Shown here piece by piece: positions 7,090-15,407 of a stretch of DNA of 15,407 bases. The position numbers and the translations under genes were made by a program. Origin of the DNA: Octopus sinensis. Its lineage: Eukaryota. Under the pieces are notes generated by a model, which was not told where the DNA came from, made no database searches, and saw only the letters and a list, made by a program, of their open reading frames with translations. Position 1 is the stretch's first letter. Every line of letters starts with the position of its first letter. The DNA lies in contig NW_021825480.1 in the NCBI RefSeq assembly GCF_006345805.1, forward strand, positions 1 through 15,407, given 5' to 3'.

Positions 7090-8262
7090 AATATTCTCAT
7101 GGATCGCTACGCGCGTTTCCACAAATTACATGTTTCTTACGATCATATTCCGTATTCCTGGGATGATTAGAGTACAGTCCGTAATATCCATGGACATTGG
7201 GTGGATCATGTTCATACGTTCATTTCTTCGGGCGCTATGGCATTAACGTTGGCAGAAGTGGTTGTATAACTGATGGTTGATTGGGTTATGTGGTCAATTA
7301 TGTGCGTGTTTGGTGGGAAGGAGTAGAAGATGATGGAAAAAGAGAAATGAATGATCGTTATAAAGGAGAGGGAGATGTGGTGTTAGACTTATTTTGTATT
7401 TGAGTACGCAGATGTCGTATGTCGAACATACGAACCACTGTACTATGATAAAAATGCTGCACCACACAGTAGAACATGGCAGGTGTGAAATTTATGCCTT
7501 GAGGAAACCCTGGGGATGATCACATTCAGAGAGAACGTAATTGATAGACACTCCGTGATAATTATGTCAGGCAAGCATAAAAGCAAAACACCATTCCTAG
7601 AATTCGAAAAATATTTTGAAACTGAGAAACTCTAACCGTCTTCAGCATATAATGGAACAATAGAAGAACATACAAACAACTAAACAAAGTAGCCATTTTA
7701 TTCATACCATTATACGCTATACCATTATACCACTAAAAGTAATCAAAAGTTCGTTTTAAGAGAATATCATTTGTCAACGCAGACAATGAACTTCAACAAC
7801 TGAATAGCTGTACTTGTTGACCCTACTATATCTGAATTCATTGAGGGGCGCCTGCTGTGACTAAGGTCAAACCAACGAACTATATTACCCATCCTGACAT
7901 CTGTATACCCAAATATCAAAATAAGTCTAACGTATTCACGCACACCTCACTCTCCTTTATAACTACCATTCCTTTCTCTCTTTCCATCACCTTCTACTGC
8001 TCCGCACCAAACACACAAATTTTGCTCACATAACTCAATCAACTTTTCATTGGTCGAAGTTGATAAAGATAAACAGCCACAGCTTTACACCCGCCGCTTC
8101 CAAAGTCAATGCCATAAAACTTGAAGAAATGAACGCATGGATATAATCCAGCCCATGTCCATGGATGCTACGGGCAATACTGTAATCATCCTAGGAATAC
8201 GGACTATGATCGTAAGAAACATGTGATTTGTGGAAACGCGCCTAGCAATGCATTAAAATATT
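7090..8262. repeat. Long imperfect inverted repeat (arms ~7090-7421 and ~7890-8262, spacer ~470 bp)
   Basis: Colinear reverse-complement blocks, e.g. GCGCGTTTCCACAAAT.ACATGTTTCTTACGATCATA.TCCGTATTCCT.GGATGATTA and GTTATAAAGGAGAG. Identity is roughly 75-80% by eye, with an ~30-nt indel. Confidence 0.92.
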
Positions 8263-8316
8263 CTTAAATTCCATCTAACAATTATCATTATTATTATTGT
8301 TACTATATATATATAT

Positions 8317-9490
8317 TGTTATGGTTTGGCTAGTGCAGTATTTCTGACCCACTTTTGGGAGTGGCGCCGGCACGTCTGGAAGAAAAGAGACAGCTCTTTG
8401 TTTACTGGAAGAGTAATGGCCTTTTGGAGGGACCTTTTGGCCTTGTGCGGTCGATTGGGGGTCAGAGAGATGTGAGGGCCGAAGAAGAGGAAGAATCTAG
8501 CAGTAGTGAGAAAGATAGAGTAAGGAATCTAAGAGTAGATGGAGAGGATATTAGCAGTGAGAGAGGATGAGGGGCAGAGGAGGACAGGCAGAGAGTATAG
8601 CAGAGCTGTCATGAGAGGATGACAGCAGCAGCGCGATAAAGATAGGCGCAGATAGAGAGGGTATAGGCAATAGACACAGATGGAGATTAGGGTAGTGGGA
8701 AGGACAGAGCAAGTGAGGTTTTGAGGTAGTTGGTATTCGGTCGTCAAAGAGGACAGACGGATTTTGGAAGTCAGGGCAAGCAGTTGGAATTTTAGGAGCA
8801 AGCAGTTGGGATGCGAGAGCTTGGCAGGTTGGAGCTAGCGACAGACAGAAAGGGATATATACAGAGGAATAAGCGGTACAGAGAGAGATGAAGTGCAAGA
8901 TGGGACACTGGCTATTCAATTAGGAATTAAGGTATTTGATTATGTATTGATACGTGTCACGATGTAAAGAGACAGTGAAAAGAAATGAGACAGTGAAATG
9001 AACAATGTGAATTGAGTCAAGGACTTGTCGATGTGTCGATTATCGAGTTGTGGTATTTATGTTCAGAATTGTGTTGATATGTGTAGAAAAAGACTTTAAA
9101 GAACTGTGAACGTTATCTGTTGAAGTGATTTGTAAAAGAACTGTGTCTTCGGACGTGTACCTTTGAAATGCTGATATATTGACCTTGTTGTGTCGTCTCC
9201 GGACTGTTATATTGTTACTTGCATGTTTAAATGCTTTGATCTGTTGTATGATGTATTGATTTGTTGTTTCCTTTAAATGTATTTGATGTGTAACAATTGA
9301 TTGTCATAAACTGTTGTTAAATGTAAGCCAGTAGTTGTTGCCTTGCCGTTTTGTGTCTCTCTCGGTTGCTTCTCGGTATCTCTCTGTGCTGCTGCGGTTG
9401 TTTTTGTTGTATGTATCTCTCCTCTCTCCTTGGGTTCCGTGGCGAACTTGCCCGTTCGGGCGAGCGGCGACGACGGGTGATTCCGTAACA
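8317..9490. mobile_element. Solo LTR (probably Gypsy/Ty3-type), 1174 bp
   Basis: Starts TGTTATGG and ends CCGTAACA (inverted TGTTAYGG termini), with ATAT on both sides (8313-8316, 9491-9494) inside a TA tract. A TATA-like GATATATA lies near 8853. There is no adjoining PBS, PPT or internal ORF. Confidence 0.75.
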
Positions 9491-9549
9491 ATATATATAT
9501 ATATATATTATATATATTATTATATAATATATATATATATATATATATA

Positions 9550-9592
<43 letters not shown>

Positions 9593-9678
9593 ATATATAC
9601 AATATCATATACATATTATATATACATATATATATATATACATATATATATTATACATAATTATATATATATATATAT

Positions 9679-9742
<64 letters not shown>
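9491..9742. repeat. Long interrupted (TA)n microsatellite
   Basis: Read directly from the sequence. Confidence 0.95.
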
Positions 9743-9747
<5 letters not shown>

Positions 9748-10461
9748 CGTACAGATAGACACTATTGACCCTTGGGCGGTTCAATAGTATTTCTTTCAAC
9801 ACACAATTCACATCAAGAATCTTACTGCCAAATACGAATATGTATGTATGCATGTATTTATGTAATGTATGTATGTATTATGTATGTATGTATGTATGTA
9901 TGTTTGTATGTGTGTTATGTATGTATGTATGTATGTATATATATAATATATATATAATATATATATATATACAGACGTTACATATAGACACTATGGACCC
10001 TTGGGCGGTTCAATAGTATTTCTTTCAACACACGAATTCACATCAGAATCTTACTGGCCAAATACGAATATGTATGTATGCATGTATTATGTATTATGTA
10101 GGTATGTATGTATGTATGTTTGTATGTGTGTATGTATGTATGTATGTATGTAATATATAGATATATATATCTATATATATATATATATTAGTATATATAT
10201 ATTATATATATACAGACGTACATATAGACACTATTGACCCTTGGGCGGTTCAATAGTATTTCTTTCAACACACGAATTCACATCAAGAATATTACTGGCC
10301 AACACAATATGTATGTATGCATGTATTTATGTAGTATGTATGTATGTATGTGATGATGTATGTATGTATGTTTGTATGTGTGTATTATGTATGTATGATG
10401 TATGTATGTATGTATGTATGTATGTATGTATTATGTATGTTGTAGATGTATGTATGTATAT

Positions 10462-10531
<70 letters not shown>
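9743..10531. repeat. Three-copy tandem array: ~100-bp unique core + (TATG)n + (TA)n, period ~228-241 bp
   Basis: Units start ACAGACGT at 9743, 9971 and 10212. Each core contains ACTATTGACCCTTGGGCGGTTCAATAGT, with one substitution in copy 2. Confidence 0.95.
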
Positions 10532-10534
<3 letters not shown>

Positions 10535-10720
10535 GGGAAAGTTTACGAAAAAGACAAAAGACGAAGACAGGTGGTGTACAAAACAAACAGATGTATTAGT
10601 ATAGCGCTCAGGAATAGAAAAAGTATTTTACGTTTCGAGCCTACGCTCTTCTACAGAAAGGGACACAGTAAAAACAAGAAGAGAAACAAGGAGAGAAAAA
10701 AATGTGTGTAGTGGCTACCA
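10532..10720 (-). mobile_element. PLE-type terminal repeat fragment with hammerhead-like motif and 3' tail abutting (TA)n
   Basis: The motif at 10626-10659 is followed on the minus strand by ~95 nt similar to 2652-2745, then (TA)n. Confidence 0.65.
10626..10659 (-). ncRNA. Minimal hammerhead-like motif, A6U variant
   Basis: Minus strand reads UUU-CUGUAGA-A-GAGC(GUAG)GCUC-GAA-ACGU-A/AAA. Stem II is perfect, stem III is the 4-nt palindrome ACGU, the triplet is GUA and stem I is 3 bp. The core differs from CUGANGA at A6. Confidence 0.55.
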
Positions 10721-10721
10721 T

Positions 10722-10759
<38 letters not shown>

Positions 10760-10852
10760 TGTTGTATTCGGGATGGTTACTTTATTTTATTTTCAAAATA
10801 AAGACATTCACTCGTTTATTACTGTTATTTTATTATTTTAAAGTATGTCCAT

Positions 10853-10897
10853 TGTCCGAAAATCTTTCGTCATACATCTGTGACCTCTTCAGCGACA
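10853..10897 (-). ncRNA. Type-I hammerhead motif, canonical core, decayed stem III
   Basis: Minus strand reads UGUCG-CUGAAGA-G-GUCA(CAGAUGUA)UGAC-GAAA-GAUUUU-C-GGACA. It is one substitution and one extra G away from GAAAGAUCUU/CGACA. An ~95-nt AAUAAA-containing tail leads to (TA)n at 10741-10759. Confidence 0.65.
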
Positions 10898-10988
10898 CTT
10901 TTCGTTTCCGTGTGTGTTCTTACTCCTTTTGCTCCATTCTGTGTTCCTAAGATGTGTATTCTTATGTGCGCATGCATTTGTATCCTTG

Positions 10989-11019
<31 letters not shown>

Positions 11020-11374
11020 ACGTGCGCACACACATGTAGCGTTCTTTTAATTGTTTACCAACAACCTTGCATGCAGCGGCTCTTAAAATAAATCTCTTTT
11101 TCTGTTTCTCCTCTTTTCTCTATAAGATGTAAAACTTGACTGGGGACATCGCCCAACTAACCACTCAGCCAGCCAGCCAGCCAGTATTTATATCAGATTT
11201 GTGTGTGTGTGTGTGTCTGTATCTATGTTAGTATGTGTGTATGTATTTGTGTATATGTGTGTACGTGTCTTTATGTCTGTATATAAATATGCACACGCGT
11301 ACATATATGAATATCAAACTCGTTTCAGACGAAGCAAATTGTCATATATACCGATCAATAGTGTTATCTGTAAA

Positions 11375-11708
11375 GGCGCGTGGCTCAGTGGTTAGAGTGT
11401 CGAGCTTACGATCGTGAGGTTGTGAGTTCGAATCCCGAACTGGGCTGCGTGTTGTGTCCTTGAGCAAGACACTTTATTTCACGTTGTTCCAGTTCACCCA
11501 GCTGTAGAAATGATTTGCGACGTCACAGGTGCCAAGTTGTATCGGCCCCTTTGCCTTTCCCTTGGATAACACTGGTGGCGTGGAGAGGGGAGACCGATAT
11601 GCATGGGCGACTGCTGGTCTTCCATAAACAACATTGTCCGGACTTGTGCTTCGGAGAGTAACTTTCTAAGTGCAATCCCATAGTCATTTATGACCGAGAG
11701 GGGGGTTA
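11375..11708 (+). mobile_element. tRNA-derived CORE-type SINE (family C), apparently full length
   Basis: A box TGGCTCAGTGG at 11381-11391 and B box GTTCGAATCC at 11426-11435. Next is TGTGTCCTTGAGCAAGACACTT...CAGCTGTAGAAATGA (11453-11513), which resembles the CORE domain of MIR-type SINEs, then a distinct 3' segment. Confidence 0.85.
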
Positions 11709-11831
11709 TATGGTGTTATCTATTCTCTTAAACAGAATCTTGGACGATATACAGCAAAACAGGTTAATAAAAGAAGAAACAAATCGCATGCGTTCCTGAT
11801 AACATGTATTGATTTTAACTTTTAGTAAAAG

Positions 11832-11960
11832 TCCAGCATTTGGGTGGGGAGTAAGTCGCTTACATCAACTCCAATACTCAGCTTGTAGTTATTTTATCGC
11901 CCTTGAAAGGATGAAAGGTAAAGTCAACCTCGGTAGAATTTGTACTCAGAACGTAAATAT
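11832..11960 (-). mobile_element. SINE family B, 3' portion of a copy split by an insertion
   Basis: TTATCGCCCTTGAAAGGATGAAAGGTAAAGTCAACCTCGGTAGAATTTGTACTCAGAACGTAAA aligns with ~4432-4495. Confidence 0.8.
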
Positions 11961-12300
11961 GGCGTAGGAGTGGCTGTGTGGTAAATAGCTGGCTTACGAA
12001 CCACATGGTTCCGGGTTCAGTCCCACTGCGTGACACCTTGGGCGGGTATCTTCTAGTATAGCCTCGGGCCGACCAAAGCCTTGTGAGTGGATTTGGTAGA
12101 CGGAAACTGAAAGAAGCCCGTCGTATATATGTATATATATATATATATATGACGAAAACCGGTTTGAATAAATATATATTTCTATATTTTTTCATTTTCT
12201 CAATCATTAGAATTGTCTTTCAATCGAGCATTCTGCATTTATACAATTTTCATTGCTTATCATTTCTCCACGTGCGGTCACACAACCTCACCATTTTTGA

Positions 12301-12339
<39 letters not shown>

Positions 12340-12793
12340 TTAGAGATAAAACCACTGTTAGACAAATTCAACACAGTGTGAAAATCATAAACCAATACAT
12401 AGAATAAAAATTTAATAAAAAAATATAAAATTCAAAATTAAATTATTTAAATTTAAAACTAAATTTAAAATTTTTTTTAAATATATATATTTATTATTAT
12501 ATACAATAAATATATTAATATAATATATTAATAATATATATGATATATATAATATATATATATATGTATGTATGTGTATATGTTTATGTGTCTTTGTCCC
12601 CCAACATATCTTGACAACCGATGCTGGTGTGTTTACGTCCCCGTAACTTAGCGGTTCGGCAAGAGAGACCGATAGAATAAGTAGTAGGCTTACAAAGAAT
12701 AAGTCCTGGGGTCGATTTGTTCGACTAAAGGCGGTGCTCCAGCATGGCCGCAGTCAATGACTGAAACAAATAGAAGAGTAAAAGAATTAAGAG
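11961..12793 (+). mobile_element. tRNA-derived SINE family A (head 11961-12124, internal TA tract, 3' part ~12560-12793), itself interrupted
   Basis: A box TGGCTGTGTGG at 11971-11981 and B box GGTTCAGTCCC at 12014-12024. The 3' part ends in AAGAGT-like repeats, and TATGG is duplicated at 11958-11962 and 12794-12798. Joining head and 3' part into one family rests on my recollection of this repeat and on the shared flanking duplication. Confidence 0.75.
12151..12530. mobile_element. AT-rich insert in the SINE's internal TA tract: PLE-type tail fragment(s)
   Basis: 12151-12260 resembles 1189-1300 (GAAAACCGGTT, TTCAAT..AGCATTCTGC). It keeps only the GAAA/stem III half of the hammerhead, followed by (TA)n and a second AT-rich segment. 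Confidence 0.5.
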
Positions 12794-12855
12794 TATGGAC
12801 GAAATACCGCTAAGAATTTTGTCCGTCGTGCAGACGATTCTGCCAGCTCACCGCC
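12794..12855 (-). mobile_element. SINE family B, 5' tRNA-like head of the split copy
   Basis: GGACGAAATACCGCTAAG..TTT.G.CCG.CGTGC..ACG.TTCTGCCAGCTCACCGCC continues exactly where 11832-11960 stops, judged against 4490-4526. Confidence 0.8.
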
Positions 12856-13116
12856 TTAATTCTTGATAATAAATATGAGATGCAACATGAAAACAATTTA
12901 ACATGAAAAGGGTTAAAAAGGTCTGGAACACCCTCGTTTTAGATAAAGATCAAGCTCCCTTAGCTGTGAAGATATAGTGATGCGACGGAAACTTCGTGGG
13001 CTCCAACGGAATAACGGAATAAGACAACTGAGCGCGGCTATAAGGGTGCTGAAGAATTGATACGGCTGACTGGAGGAAAACACAAACACACAGACATATG
13101 CACAGGAATATACGCT

Positions 13117-13117
13117 A

Positions 13118-13148
<31 letters not shown>

Positions 13149-13380
13149 GGGAGGTAGCAAAAGAGGGAGAGACGTTACAGTTTATTAATTGCATACGATT
13201 GACCTGAACACATTCTTGCTTCTCATACATATAAAGAGAAATATCCTCGCACACATACACAAAGAGAGGGGAGGGGGGAGAGAAAGAGAGACAGACAGAA
13301 ATTAAAGACAGACAAAAATAGAGACAGAGAAAGAGAACGAGAAAGAAAGAGAGACAGACAGACAGATAGACAGGAAGAGA
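13117..13380. repeat. (AG)n and AG/AGAC-rich low-complexity tracts
   Basis: Read directly from the sequence. Confidence 0.85.
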
Positions 13381-13664
13381 GCAACATTAAAACATGAGAA
13401 AAATTAAAAGTCTACTGTCAAACAAGTCAGCGTCGAATCAGCGATGCCGAATACGCAACGCCAAAACGGCTGTGCCAGCACGTCTCATGCTCGGTTATAG
13501 TTGGTCTAAAGAATAAACATAGTTACAACAACCAAGGTAAATAGATTACTTTTAGTTGTCTATATGGGTACGAGAAATCTCACAAGACTTCCGACCGAGA
13601 TACAATGAATTGGCTAAACATAGAAATAGAGAAATTGGCCATCGATACATGCAGCTGTACAACG

Positions 13665-14055
13665 TAGTGTTGGTGGAGGTGGTGGTGGATGTTGTTGTTG
13701 TCTCTGTGGTGGAGGTGGTGGAGAAGGTTGTGGTGGAGGGTGTTGCTATTATTGTTGTGATGGAGGTGGTGGTGGATGTTGTTGTTGTGGTAGTGGTGGT
13801 GATAGTGGTGGAGGTAGTGGTAATGGTGTTGGTGGTAGTAGTGGTTGAAGTGTTGGTGTTAGTGGTAGTAGTGGTAGTGGAGGTATTAGTGGTGGTAGTC
13901 GTGATGTTGGTGGGGATAGTGGTGATGGTGGTGGCGGCGGTCGTCGTGGAGTGATGGTGCTGGTTGTCGTACAGGTGGTGGTAGTTGGAGTTGTAGTGGT
14001 AGTGGTGACAGCGTTGTTGGCGGCGGTGGTGATTATGTTGGTGTTGGTGGTGGTA
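13665..14055. repeat. Degenerate (GGT/GTT/AGT)n trinucleotide tract, ~390 bp
   Basis: Read directly from the sequence. It generates the poly-V and poly-T ORFs. Confidence 0.9.
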
Positions 14056-14179
14056 TTTGCGATGGGGCGGGGGTGCAGTATATTTATGCCAAGACTCACA
14101 AAGAAAATATGGGTTACAAAACTGGCAGACGGGTGGAAAGACAGGTAAAGACAAAAGTGAGTGATTTAGAGATGTTAAA

Positions 14180-14473
14180 TATATATATTATATAATAATA
14201 TATATATATATCTATATATATATATATATTATATATATATATATAATATATATATGTACGTATGTGTGTGTGCGCTCGCTCGCATGGATTTGTTTGTTTA
14301 GAAAGAGAGAGAGAGAGAGGAAGATAGAGAGAAGGAAAGGGAGTTTGTAAAAGAGGGAGTAGAATGCGGTACGGATATAGAATATAAGAACGAAAAAGAA
14401 AGCAATATAACTAAAGATATTTAGAGAGAGACACACGTCTAGAAATATAGACACACACACACACACACACACA

Positions 14474-14515
<42 letters not shown>

Positions 14516-14591
14516 TATATATATATGCTTCCTTGTGAGTTTTGTGTGTGTGTGGTAGTGTAGCTAGCTTGATAGATAGATAGTAGTAGAG

Positions 14592-14637
<46 letters not shown>

Positions 14638-14695
14638 ATGGACTGATAGATACATGCTTAATAAAATTGATACATATATGCACATATATTTGCTA

Positions 14696-14755
<60 letters not shown>

Positions 14756-14785
14756 TATAATATTTATGCATATTATAATATATTA

Positions 14786-14833
<48 letters not shown>

Positions 14834-14845
14834 CATAATATATAT
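14180..14845. repeat. Cluster of (TA)n, (CA)n, (AG)n and (GATA)n microsatellites
   Basis: Read directly from the sequence. (GATA)n lies at ~14570-14636 and the long (TA)n at ~14698-14845. Confidence 0.9.
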
Positions 14846-15407
14846 TGAGTGAGGTGGGGAGAGACAGACACATAGACAGATAAATAGTTAAGCAGACAGA
14901 AAGACTGACAGACAAGCAGTCAGAGAGAAGAACGGAAGAAATGTGTGTGGTTGGAAGACGATGCTAAAAGAATCAGGAATTCTACAATAGGAGAAACCAT
15001 ACAGCAGAAAATAGTAAAAACCGCTGATTGTTTACTTATCAAAAGTAAGGAAAAAAAAGAAAGAAAAAGAAACCTTAGAAATAAACACATACGTATAACA
15101 GACGAAAACGAAAAACAGAGATAAACTAAAAAGCGAAACGAAACGAAACGAAAAAACAGAGAAACGAAACGAAACAAAAAAAATGGGATATTAATAATAT
15201 AAAAAAGATAAGGCCAGGAAATACGATTTAAAATGAAAGCAAAAAGGGAAAGGAAACCGACATGAATACCAGAGAATGTAAAGAATGAAAAGAATAGATG
15301 TAAAACAGTGAAACCCTATTTTATTCAAAAAGTATTTCTATGGAAAGACATACGTATGAAGAAGTTAACTTCTTTCTTTGTTCCAACAACACAAAAAGCG
15401 ACATTTG

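Noticed and set aside
7415-7433. 8-bp hairpin TCGTATGT-CGA-ACATACGA at the inner end of the left arm, considered as a Helitron 3' hairpin
   Set aside because: There is no CTRR terminus at the expected distance, and the other arm lacks the hairpin.
7638-7644. CUGAAGA on the minus strand in the inverted-repeat spacer
   Set aside because: There is no downstream stem II-GAAA arrangement.
7441-7880. Possible PLE ORF end in the spacer (LEFEKYFETEKL*PS; PSMNSD on the other strand)
   Set aside because: The similarity is too weak to call by eye.
9743-10460. CRISPR-like or retrozyme tandem array
   Set aside because: The context is eukaryotic, the units are ~230 bp with microsatellite spacers, and there is no hammerhead core on either strand of the unit.
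11375-11446. tRNA gene
   Set aside because: A and B boxes are present, but the acceptor and anticodon stems do not pair and the sequence runs into a CORE-like SINE body. It is a SINE head.
13552-14154. 200-aa Thr-rich 'mucin-like' ORF and the antisense poly-Val ORFs
   Set aside because: They are translations of a degenerate (GGT/ACC)n tract that is open in several frames on both strands, with no domain, signal peptide or splice support.
15100-15180. (GAAAC)n run containing many GAAAC motifs
   Set aside because: It is a simple pentanucleotide repeat with no associated CUGANGA or stems.

Overview
This is AT-rich, microsatellite-saturated eukaryotic non-coding DNA. An octopus/cephalopod origin is inferred from the tRNA-derived SINE families and repeat style, not from a database hit. 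I find no intact protein-coding gene. The window is a patchwork of mobile-element remains: two R4/Dong-type (RLE) LINE 3' fragments ending in (TAA)n, two dead L1/Tx1-clade fragments, a 1174-bp solo LTR, a near-perfect palindromic PIF/Harbinger-type MITE, several nested SINEs, two tandem duplications and a large inverted repeat. The main result is not in the ORF track: seven type-I hammerhead-ribozyme (HHR) motifs (605-647, 963-1004, 1166-1207, 1592-1715, 2834-2886, 10626-10659, 10853-10897) plus two partial relics. Each lies about 50-200 nt upstream of a (TA)n or TA-rich tract, and most have a self-complementary stem III that differs between families. One is fully canonical, two carry the compensatory U3:A8 core, and one pair forms an inverted repeat around the C-terminus of a Penelope-like GIY-YIG ORF. 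All folds were derived by eye and none has been tested. Scattered 1-nt indels suggest unpolished long-read consensus, so single-base details need read-level confirmation.
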